The position numbers and the translations under genes are program-made. This document shows positions 45,465-55,740 of a stretch of 64,000 bases of DNA, in pieces. This DNA comes from Perkinsela sp. CCAP 1560/9 (lineage: Eukaryota > Protista > Euglenozoa: Kinetoplastea), in assembly GCA_965644495.1 (NCBI GenBank), contig CBFFSA010000028.1, positions 1-64,000 on the forward strand, read 5' to 3'. Below the pieces are notes generated by a model. The model had not been told where the DNA came from. It did not search any database and saw only the letters and a program-made list of their open reading frames with translations. Position 1 is the stretch's first letter; each line of letters begins with the position of its first letter.

Positions 45465-48400
45465 CTTTAACGATAAAGATACAGTTTCTGTACCTTGTTG
45501 AATTATTTTCTTTTTCTTTGTCTACTCTCTTTTTGATGGTGATGAACGAGACACACCCAGACAACCATCCTGAGGACACACCTTTCGACCCTGGAATCAT
45601 GGATTCTAATCAGAATTCTGTCCACGAAGAAAAATCCCATGAATTGGGTAGTTGGGACCAGTTTAAGGGCAACGAACATCTTATCCGAGGCGCAAGCACC
45701 TATGACGAGAGTTTGTACACTACTGCCATCCCGCAGAATATCCCGCACGATTGGATGCGCCGTGCGCACGCTTTAGAAAAGGATATTGAAACGCCCGACA
45801 TGGGTCACGTACATGACCGAACTGAAGAGGAGATCCATTGTAGTGTCCAGCGTGATATCGATAAGTCTAATAATGTTGATTTCGAAGGAGCTGATTCGAT
45901 TCCACACAGCCAACTAAGCACATTTAGCAAGGCTGCGAAGATGACCGATGAGTGCTCTAATGTCAATCCTGACGGAACCGATTCGACTTCACTCAGCCAA
46001 TTAAGCACATCTAGCAAGGCTGTGAAGACCACTGATGAGGGTCCTAATGTCAACTTCGAGGGAACTGATGCGACTTCACCCAGCCAATTGAGAAAATCTA
46101 ATAAAGCTGTGAAGGCGAGATTTTTACGACACCTTCGAAACTCAGAACACTCTAAGAACTGTTACGAATCCGAAAACAGTACGGCCACGTTCCCAGACCT
46201 CACTCCGACGGACCTCGTTTCTCATTTCTCCGTTTCTAGCAGTCTAAAGAGGCGCAAGAACAAGAAGTGCTCTAAAAGAAATATTACCTCACAGACATCT
46301 TTGAACCAATCAGGCTCCGAAAGCACAGTAGCGACAGAGTCGGGTAGCGACGGAGTCTCCGTTGAACCGGTATCATCACAAGACAGCTGCGTCACATCGG
46401 AAGTAAAGCTTAAGCGGAACCGAGCCACTTTCAAATCCGAGCCTGTTAAATCACCTAACCTCACGCGGAAGACAAAAACATCATATAACGCTAGAAAGTG
46501 CCCAGTGGAATCATGTTTATGGCAAACCGGTCCTCATGGAAATCAATGGCAGGCGTATTATAATCACGTCTCAAACAGGCACGGGGCGGAAGTAACGGAC
46601 ACGTGGTGGGCAGAGGAAGGAAGATTTCGATGTGCATACTGCAAAAAACATTACCACTTAGGCAAAAAGGAGTCCCATACGCGACATTGCAAATTTCGCA
46701 CACACTCATCCGATAACCCTCAGGATCCTTCCCGTGAGGTGAACGACTCCCCGAACCCTACCACAAACGCCGCTGTGATGCCTGAACACCCCCCCGGTAC
46801 GAACCCTAATGATCAGCCCGATCAGATGGAGGATGTTGACAACTTGCTGCCGACCTTATCTTCTGTGTGCACACTTCCGGTGATTACGAGCAAGGATATC
46901 CCTTATTGCTGCAGGGCTGAATGGGCACGAGTACTCACTTCCTGCTTGATGGCAGCCACGCTAGATAATACACTCGAGGCGTGGACTCTCCTTGCGATGC
47001 TTCCGAAATGTGTCCTTCCGGCCCCCCGCCGTGGAGGCAGTAAGAACAAAACCTCTTATGCGTCCTACGTCCGAAAATGTCTTTCCAGATGGAACCAAAA
47101 GGAGTACATACCCCTCTGGAGTGAAGCAATCGCCAGTCTACAGCGCAAACGCAAATCCCCGGCGCAAGCAACCAGCGTAGAAGAAAATGACGACAAGGCA
47201 GCTCTACGAGCGGCTAGGCTTGCCCGAGATGGAGAGCTATCGCGTGCCATGACAGCACTGACCTCGGAGCCACTCGCTCCCCATGACGATGCCATCTACA
47301 ATAAACTCATAAACAAGCACCCTCCACGACTCTCTGGCGAAGACCCAGGCGAACAACTTCCTTCATCGTCCGTAACCCCTCTCAAGATCACACAGGAAAA
47401 TGTAACCGAGGCACTCTCAAGTTTCCACAGAGGATCCTCCGGAGGGGCGTTCGGCCTTCGGCCAGAACATGTGCAGATAGCCATGGCATATCACAACGAT
47501 GAGCGCATAGATCCATTGGGAACGCTCACCAAGTTCGTTAACCATCTTCTTTCCGGAGGCGCGATGGACGAGGTCCAGCCGCACTTCGCTGGCGGACGCT
47601 TATGTGCACTTCATAAGGGAGCACACGATGTTCGGCCCATCGCCGCAGGAGAAACCCTCCGGCGTCTCGCAAGCAAGGTTGCGTGCTTTTCTGTCAAACC
47701 AAAGGCCTGTCGGCTCTTCAGAGGACATCAGTACGGGGTTGCAATACCCGCTGGAGCCGAGAGGGTAATACATTTATGCAGATTGACCATGGCGGAACAC
47801 GTTGATGACGAGGACTTCGTCTTATGTAAAGTTGATCTCCGAAATGCGTTCAACCACGTATCACGCAACAGCTTTATTTCGCTCACCCGTCAATATTTTC
47901 CTGAGCTTAGTCCCTATGTCGAATGGTGTTACTCTTCAGACAGCCGCCTAACATTCGGAGATCGAACGGTCACCTCTTCTGAAGGAGTTCAGCAGGGAGA
48001 CCCACTAGGCCCTCTTTTATTTTCTCTCGTCGCGAAGGAACTATTTACGGAAATCAAGAAGGCAGCCCCAAGGCTTGACTTAAACATGTGGTTCTTGGAC
48101 GATGGGGTTCTGTCAGGCAAATCTTCAGACGTCAGGCACGCACTTGACGTCATTGCAGTCGAAGGTCCCAAGTGGGGCTTACATCTCAATGTTGCTAAAT
48201 GTGAACTCATTACGAATCCAGCTGCCTCTGACCGATTTGCTCTTTTCCCGGACATTCCTGGTTTGAACAAAAACACAGACGGCAATCTTGACATCTTGGG
48301 AAGCCCTATTGGATCTACAAGCTTTTGTCACCGATACCTATTGGAAAATCCAATCAGTCTCGCTGAGGACTCACTAACGGCAATACAAAAGTTGGATGAC

Positions 48401-50217
48401 CCTCAAGTGGCCCTATCGCTCATTCGTCATTGCACAGGATTTTGCAAAATGGTGTATGCTCTACGCACGACACCTACCGCGGAGCTACAAGACCTTTGCG
48501 AACGCCTGGACCGAGCAGTCCAAAACACGACGGAGCGCTTTATCGGTCCTTTGGGTGAATCGGCTCGACGACAGGCACAACGAGACAAACGACACGGAGG
48601 ATTAGGGCTGAGGTCCGCTGCAACACACGCCACGTCAGCATACGTATCTTCTGTAGCCTTTGCGTCTGCAAATGACCGTTGGGACCCCACGCAAGCTGAG
48701 AGTTTTGAATTCGCAGTACGGGACGTCAATAGGCGCGCGGGCTATAACTTCGTTTCAAATACAGGGAGAATTCCAAAACCTTCGTCTTCCCCACCTGAAC
48801 AGTTGAACCCAGAAACAGCAAACTCCGACGATATCATCCCGGACGAAAGAATCCTAGAAGTTTTGCACCCCGACGACGCAGACCCTGAATCCTCTCGCCC
48901 CGTACTAGTAATCCCGCGACAACGAGAATTAAGCCAGGCGATTTCAGCATCCCAATACTTGGCAGACTATAAAAACGCAGATGACAAAACCAGAGCCCGA
49001 TGGGTATCCCAAACGGGAGAAGGGGCATCGGAGTGGGCCTTTGTGATTCCATCGAAGACCAGTGGTTTCGCTTTCACTTCCGCCGAGTTTCGTACTCTGA
49101 CGCGATGGTGGCTAGGGGAAAAAATTTACCCCAAGGCAAGACCCTGCCCCATGGACAAATGTGGGCTTCCGCTAGGCCCTGAGGGGGACCATGCACTTTC
49201 CTGCAAGAGTGGGCATGGTATCATCGCTCGCCACAACGCTCTTGCCAGACAGTTTGCCCGAGACTGCACAAATGCCGGGCTTACAACGAAGCGGGAAGTA
49301 AGCCTGCATAACACGGGCCCTGGCGGCGGTCTGACGCGACCGGCGGACGTATTTATCTCAAGTTTTCGAGCGGGTCAGGGCCTTGTAATGGATTTCGCTG
49401 TCACACACGTCCAGCAAACAAAATATACGGATCTAGTCCGTGATGCTAGCGTGGTTTCAGCTGGATCCTTTGCGGAAAGATACGCAACGGAACACAAGCA
49501 GAAACAACGGGAAGAAGCCGCCGCAGCCAAACTCCGATTTGCGGCCATGGCCGTAGAATCATACGGCTCATGGTGCCCCAGCGCTATGGCTGTGATCCGT
49601 GACGTGGCAATTGAGCACTCAATGCACTCCGGTAAACTATCCAAAAAAGAAGCCTTACATCGACTTCTTGCTGGCTTGAACGTCACTTTAATGCGGTCGC
49701 AGGCACGTATGATGGTGCTACGATCCTCACCGACACCTGACCCAGCCCTGATAGGCTATGGCGATATGGAAGTAGTGTAGTTCCATCCTCTTTTGCATCC
49801 TCTGGTCCGGATGTTGGTCGTGTCGACAGAGTCTATACTCACGCCTAGCCCGCGAGGGCTAGGTACCCCAAGTGAGGTAGTACACGGGTAGTGAATCTCC
49901 TCCCCGTCGGCCAGCATCCTGTTTCGTGACCGTGTCTCTGTCGACACAGGCCCGCGCCTGCGCCCTCCCGTATAGCAAGGGAAGGGTTCACAAGTCAGGC
50001 CGTGGAGAGGTCGAAAGACCCGGTCCGGAACGCGCGAATGGATTGGGCATGGATTGCTTGTTTTAATTTTTACTGTTTTTCTTGTTTGTAGTATATACTT
50101 AGGGGAGACTAAATTGCTAGTTTTGGGCTGAGAAAAAAGGTACATCTGTGGACAGAAAAAGAATTGCTAATTTGATTGTTCGTTTTCAACTCGTATACCC
50201 CCCCAATAAAAAAAAAA
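45465..50217 (+). mobile_element. Full-length lineage 1A element, copy 2, with SL (45465-45500)
   Basis: Nearly identical to 15516-20340 across the ORF; distal 3' UTR differs. Confidence 0.93.
45536..49780 (+). CDS. LsmAD-like domain - zinc fingers - RT - CCHC - RLE polyprotein
   Basis: Same motifs as 15590..19834, with few amino-acid differences. Confidence 0.93.
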   Translation: MVMNETHPDNHPEDTPFDPGIMDSNQNSVHEEKSHELGSWDQFKGNEHLIRGASTYDESLYTTAIPQNIPHDWMRRAHALEKDIETPDMGHVHDRTEEEIHCSVQRDIDKSNNVDFEGADSIPHSQLSTFSKAAKMTDECSNVNPDGTDSTSLSQLSTSSKAVKTTDEGPNVNFEGTDATSPSQLRKSNKAVKARFLRHLRNSEHSKNCYESENSTATFPDLTPTDLVSHFSVSSSLKRRKNKKCSKRNITSQTSLNQSGSESTVATESGSDGVSVEPVSSQDSCVTSEVKLKRNRATFKSEPVKSPNLTRKTKTSYNARKCPVESCLWQTGPHGNQWQAYYNHVSNRHGAEVTDTWWAEEGRFRCAYCKKHYHLGKKESHTRHCKFRTHSSDNPQDPSREVNDSPNPTTNAAVMPEHPPGTNPNDQPDQMEDVDNLLPTLSSVCTLPVITSKDIPYCCRAEWARVLTSCLMAATLDNTLEAWTLLAMLPKCVLPAPRRGGSKNKTSYASYVRKCLSRWNQKEYIPLWSEAIASLQRKRKSPAQATSVEENDDKAALRAARLARDGELSRAMTALTSEPLAPHDDAIYNKLINKHPPRLSGEDPGEQLPSSSVTPLKITQENVTEALSSFHRGSSGGAFGLRPEHVQIAMAYHNDERIDPLGTLTKFVNHLLSGGAMDEVQPHFAGGRLCALHKGAHDVRPIAAGETLRRLASKVACFSVKPKACRLFRGHQYGVAIPAGAERVIHLCRLTMAEHVDDEDFVLCKVDLRNAFNHVSRNSFISLTRQYFPELSPYVEWCYSSDSRLTFGDRTVTSSEGVQQGDPLGPLLFSLVAKELFTEIKKAAPRLDLNMWFLDDGVLSGKSSDVRHALDVIAVEGPKWGLHLNVAKCELITNPAASDRFALFPDIPGLNKNTDGNLDILGSPIGSTSFCHRYLLENPISLAEDSLTAIQKLDDPQVALSLIRHCTGFCKMVYALRTTPTAELQDLCERLDRAVQNTTERFIGPLGESARRQAQRDKRHGGLGLRSAATHATSAYVSSVAFASANDRWDPTQAESFEFAVRDVNRRAGYNFVSNTGRIPKPSSSPPEQLNPETANSDDIIPDERILEVLHPDDADPESSRPVLVIPRQRELSQAISASQYLADYKNADDKTRARWVSQTGEGASEWAFVIPSKTSGFAFTSAEFRTLTRWWLGEKIYPKARPCPMDKCGLPLGPEGDHALSCKSGHGIIARHNALARQFARDCTNAGLTTKREVSLHNTGPGGGLTRPADVFISSFRAGQGLVMDFAVTHVQQTKYTDLVRDASVVSAGSFAERYATEHKQKQREEAAAAKLRFAAMAVESYGSWCPSAMAVIRDVAIEHSMHSGKLSKKEALHRLLAGLNVTLMRSQARMMVLRSSPTPDPALIGYGDMEVV

Positions 50218-52129
50218 CTTATTTATATAGAATCATCAGAAAAAAAAAAAAAAAAAAGGGGGGCGGACGAGTCAGTCGGTAGCGAGTAATTGGGTTACTG
50301 ACACGTGCTCGGGTATGAATTACGCGACGTGACGTGTGCTCGGGTTGGTTGGCTGCGAGCTGAGGGGATGGGTCTTCCCGTTCACAAGTTACTTTGATTA
50401 TGGAATTCCGGAATATTGTTTCAAACTGTGCTGATGTGATGAGACTTGTACTCTTTGAGAAACTGATCTACATGTATGACGATTTCAATGAATTTTCGTT
50501 ATGTTCTATTTCCAGTTATATTTCTTCTTAATATATCTTTTCATATTCTTTGTTAATGTACGTGAAAGCACGAACTGGATTTCTAAAAGTTTACGGATTG
50601 AAATTCAGGAGGGATTATATTTGAATAGGGTTTGTTAATAATTATGTACGTGTATGAACTGTATGCATTTTCGCGTGAAATTGATTTTATTCTTATGTGA
50701 CTGTATTAGTGACTATTCTATTTGGGTAAAGCTTCACTCGTAAAAAAAAAAAAAAAAAAAAAAAAAAACGTATTCACGAAATCTACACCTACAACAAGAA
50801 GCCTCATCCGTCGCAGAAACATTTACTTTGCAAGGGAGCCAAAACCGTCTGAACATCAGGTCGTGATAAATCAGCGCACCACACAGTCACCAATGAACAC
50901 CACTAAATGCTTTAGCAAAGTCTATAAAAGCTACAGAAAGGCCTTGTCCTCTGAATGCTTTGGTTTTTATTTCGTTCATGATAATCTGAGCTCCAGAAGT
51001 CGCTCGGTTAGGTCGAAACCCATACTGGTTACCCCGAAGAGACTTTTCAATGTTGGGTCTAATGCTGGAGAGTATCATATGATTCATGAGCTTAACTACG
51101 CTATTTACTACGCATATAGGCCGCCAATTCTCAATGTTAGTGAGGTCTCCTTTCTTTGGGATGGGTATTTGAAGAGTGTTGCGCCAGGCTTCCTCTGTGA
51201 CTCCCGTTTCGTGTACCTGGTTGATTATATTCAGGAGATGCGATCTCAGATCAGGGTGGACCGCTATAGCTTGAAGGGCTTCCATTGGTATTCCGTCACT
51301 TCCCGGTGTTTTTCCTCCTCTGAAATGTTCTAGAGATGTGCTTAACTCCTCGCTTGTAAATGCTGCATCGGATATTGGTACTAACAGCGGCGGCAGCAGT
51401 TCAAAGCTAAGATTTGGATCTCCATCATCAGCGCCACTAAATTTCATGAAGTACGATCGAATTTCGTTAAGTTTATCATTTCGTGAGCTTCCGTTCGTGC
51501 TAAAGGTATCACGATATTGCCCGCATATCTTTCGAATCGTTCTCCATGGGTTTGAATGGTTTTTACGAAGCTGTTTTTCAATCTCCAAGCATTCGTCAGA
51601 AATAATCTCTTCAACTTCCCCTTTATTCTCCTTTACGAGGGCGTTGAACACCTTTTTGTTTCTGCTCTTGTGATATAAACCGCGCAAATCATGTATTTTT
51701 GAGTCCTTTACAGCTTCTTTGTTCAAATTTCGTTTCGTCGGTTTTTTGAAAGTTTTTACAGCATTTTTCATATATTGTGCGAGAGCGCCCCATGATCGAC
51801 CAGAGTTCGAAGTTGCTCGATATTGGTCGTGAACTTTATTGATGAAATTCTTCCTATCCTCACTATTTCGAAGAGAAATCCACGAGAGCTGATTCGTATT
51901 CGTTTTGGGATCACTGACTCGCCATTTAATTTTAATTCTGGCTATAACACAACAGTGAGTAGTAGGAATGGGTGCCTTGATCACTTTGTGTCGTTGAACT
52001 GCCGATGCAAATCTGCTACAAATAAATATGTGATCTAACTGCCTTAAAGCTTTGTTTGGTAATTCGCATGTCCATTTCCGACTGCTTGGACAAAGACTGT
52101 GCGCAGACTTACAGTCTATAGAACAAGAG

Positions 52130-54567
52130 TAGTTTAGTATGGGATAGACAAGGGTGTCAAAAATTCGAAGCTTAGCCTTTACGCGAAGAGGCGAGATCCA
52201 AATACCTCGTAGTTTGCTAAAACACGCCCACGTCAAACGTAATCTGTCGGTTAATGTTAATTTAGGCTCGGTTTCATGCTGAACATGCCCCAGATGGCGG
52301 TACGATTTTACTTTCGGAATGTTCCCACAAGTTGATGAAAGGAGATCGCCATCCTTATTCTCATTCTTCGAGATGGACATCCATGCCGTTTTGTTGACAC
52401 CAGCGGCTATACTCAAATTAGCTTTGGATGCTTCAGTAGCGACGCTGTCGACCATCCTTTCTAATGAACGTTTGGAGTCGGAAAACAGGATCAAATCATC
52501 AGCGTAATCAATATCAGTCACTCGTGTTGATTTATATCCACGTTTTCTGGTTCCGGCGGAGCTCAGCGTTAGTCCATCATCTTTATTTTTCAATGCCGCG
52601 TGAAGGATGCGATCGAGAACCATGATAAATAAATACGGAGCTAGCACATCCCCTTGCAAAATACCCGAGGTAATAGGAAAGGAGCTGGTTTTCCCAAACG
52701 GGGTACGTACAATGGCCTCTAAGCCCTCTTAGGCCGACATTGCAAGGGTTGTCATTCGAGGTCCTACGTGGAACGAATGTAACGCTGCCCTGATAGATGA
52801 GTGTGAAAGCGATGGAAAGGCACTCGCGAAGTCGATGAAAGCAATCATGACATTTTCGTGACTTCGATTCCGTCTTGATTTCGTGAGGATTTCATTGAGA
52901 ATAATTTGGGCTCCACAGGTGGACCTCTCCGGGCGGAAACCATATTGATTTTCGCGTAGAACTCGCTCTGTCGAGGGCCGAATACGATTCAAAATCATAC
53001 CGTTAATTAGCTTGAGGATAACTTTGACAAGACATATTGGGCGCCAATTCCGCAGCTCGGAAAGATCACCTTTTTTCGGTACGGGGACTTGCAGAACGGT
53101 TTTCCAGAGATGGTGCGTCTTTCCCGTTTCAAGGGCTTTGTTGATGATTCCAAGAAGGAGATGGCGTAAAGAATTTTCTTCGAGTATGGATATTTACGCT
53201 TCCGCTGGTATCTCGTCGAGTCCTGGAGCTTTTCCTCGTTTAAGTCTACGCGCAGCGCATGCAAGTTCATCTTCTGTGAAAGGTGAATCCATGATTTCTC
53301 CTTCAAAGTTTTTGGCCTCATCAAATTCAACTTTCGTGTCTCCAACACCTCGGTTAGCAATTTTAGAGAAGAAGTCCTTAACGGCTGCTAGTCGTTTCCG
53401 GTTTGATTGACCTGCGCCATAATTAAAAACTGTTTTCCTCATTCCGCATATTTCGCGAATGAATCTCCAAGGGCTGGAATGGTTTTTCCGTAGTTTTTCT
53501 TGGAGAATTGCACATTCAGCTTCAATTGTGTCCTCAATTTGCTCACGACTCTTGTCTACAAGACCTTTGAATGTATGCGCATTTCGACTAGATTTGTACA
53601 GGGCGCTGAGTGATAATATTTCCTCTTGTTTGTTTGTTTCTTCTCGTTGCCCATTGGATTTACTTAAGTCACTTGGTGCCTCGAAATCCGGAAGTGTTTT
53701 CTGTGCCGCATATAGTATCCCCTCTGATAAAACCTCCCACGGGTCGGGTCTTCCCTCTCCGATTACTTTGAAAACAGCTTGTTGGGTACATTTATTGAAT
53801 TCCTTGCAAATATTTTCTGATTTTAGGTTGTACCATGGCAAATGATTGCCAGGTTGTGTTTCATGCGCTTTCCACTTAATCTTGAGACGGGTGACAACCG
53901 AGCAGTGCTGCGTTGGGAAAGGTGCAAGTAAAACTTTATGATGTTGTATTGCTGACGCGTATCGATTGGAAATTATAATATGATCTAATTGTCTCTCAGC
54001 GACATTGGGAAGTTTACAAGTCCACTTTCGAGAGCTTGGTGAGAGAGTGTGGGCAGACTTGCAACCAACGTCTACAAGTAAGGCGCGAAATCGAGCTACA
54101 GCTGCTTTGTCTTCAGCAGTTTTGTTGACTAGCGTTAAAGGGGAATTAAAATCTCCAATTAAGATCGTAGGTCGTTGGGGGTTCGTGGATTCAAGATCGC
54201 GAACGGCCTTTCTTAAAGAAGCGTCGAAGGTAGATTTTATTTCCTTAGAAGAATCCCTAATGGGACCGTACACATTGAATAGTGTAGCGTTCCCGTTTTC
54301 CCAAGGAAACTGTGCAGTCATAATCCGTTCTGAGATAACCCGCACCCTTTCCAATGGAAAAGTACTAACGAGCGCCATTCCGTTGTAAGAACGGTCGGAC
54401 GTTGCTGAGGAAAAATATAAGTAATACGTAACGCCGGTGTCCTCCGTTTGCTGACGTAGAATCTCACCAAAGAGACGAGAATCAAAACGGAACCTCGTTT
54501 CCTGCAACCCCAGTATGTGAATCCTCTTGCTACTCATAAGGTTCAATATTTCGGGGAGGGGGGGCAC
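52130..54567 (-). pseudogene. Ingi-like family I1 copy (APE + RT), 3'-truncated, with two nonsense changes
   Basis: GLQET, NVYGP, GDFN, QLDH, YADD. TAC codons of the plus-strand copy are TAA here (53194, 52729). Confidence 0.88.
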
Positions 54568-54701
54568 TCGATGAATATTCATCGAACGCACTGTCCGTTC
54601 GATGAATATTCATCGAACAGGACATCATGTTCGATGAATGGATTGCAGTACGACCCGTTCGATGAATCATTCATCGAACAGGATGTCCTGTTCGATGAAT
54701 G
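54568..54701. repeat. Short array of the palindrome GTTCGATGAATATTCATCGAAC, period ~30-32 bp
   Basis: About five full or half units; the unit at 54597-54618 is a perfect 22-bp palindrome. Confidence 0.85.
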
Positions 54702-55662
54702 AAAACGCAATTTTTTTTTGTAAAAAAAAAAGCTCGTTTCGGTCTGCATCATGCTCCTGGCTGCTACCTTGATCCGTAAGACAAAAACAAATCCGAAACG
54801 TTATCAAAAAGCGGAAGGATAATAGTTTACGAGATGAAATTTAGGCGAGGGCTATTTACGTTTAATAACCTGGCCCTTCGGGGCACATAAATATATGAAC
54901 TTATGATATGGCCCTTCGGGGCACATGTATTATTAGTTTCTTCTTTCTCATATTCTTCAGTTTATGACTTTCAAACATCAACATATTTAGTAGACTTTAT
55001 TTCCTTTTTGTAGCTGTACTGCGAGCTTCGAGGCCCACCCACCAACCCCCAGCCTCGGCTGCGGGGTGTGGGGGGCTGAGCCCCTTCACTTCGTACTACT
55101 AGTATTAAATATTTAGGTTATAGCGCGCAAGGCCTTTTTTCAAGATAAAATCATAACTTACAAATACACAAACCTGCGGAAGTGGCAGACACAGGTCCTC
55201 ATTGCGCGAGCCAAAAAATATTGGGTTGGGGTTACGTTCGTTGTACTCAACGAACTGCCGGATTTTCGTTGAGTACTCAACGAACGGAAATTTACGGTGC
55301 AAGTCAAGGACTTTTGCATATGTCAAGGACTTTTGTGGAACACCCAAGAATTTTTTTTGAATTTCATTTTCCGTGCGTTCAGTATCCTACACTTCACTAT
55401 ATACGTTGACAACGCCTGCGTAGCGAAAACTACGAAATTCAGTGAGCTTCGCAAATTGCTTCCCACTAACGACGCACAGGGGAATCCTACGCGGGGTACG
55501 GCTCAGGCCCGCTCACGCGGGCCCTCGCCGTTTCGCGGCCGCGCGCACCCCCGCTCACGCGGGGGCCCCCGCGCGGCCAAAATGGGTACTAAAATTTGTT
55601 ATCAAGGTAGTTGGGCTTCGCAAATTGCTTCCCACGAATCTAGAGAGAAGCACACGTACAAT

Positions 55663-55701
55663 AATCTTTAACGATAAAGATACAGTTTCTGTACCTTGTT
55701 G
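55663..55701 (+). other. Full 39-nt spliced leader, followed by an extra CTTGTTG
   Basis: Identical to 15516-15554. Confidence 0.9.
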
Positions 55702-55740
55702 CTTGTTGACTTTTTCTTTACTACTACTTTAACCTCTTTT

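Larger units (their letters stand above)
33000..52120 (-). mobile_element. Ingi-like LINE family I2 (partial APE, RT, RNase H) split into three pieces by two large insertions
   Basis: Pieces 52120-50905, 39520-38724 and 34223-33167 rejoin in frame (..DFAKAF|PSVS..; ..RLDEY|GMSYP..), the latter confirmed by the uninterrupted copy at 62132-63320. The 3' end is approximate. Confidence 0.88.

Noticed and set aside
52729-53196. Two TAC>TAA changes as evidence of stop-codon reassignment
   Set aside because: TAA terminates intact ORFs elsewhere in the window, and the same copy has other C>A/G>T changes; these are mutations or sequencing errors.
54568-54701. CRISPR array
   Set aside because: Spacers are only ~10 bp, there are no cas genes, and the context is eukaryotic.
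55400-55701. A bona fide SL RNA gene with promoter
   Set aside because: No GT intron, Sm site or T-tract follows the exon, and the upstream sequence is not shared with other SL copies.
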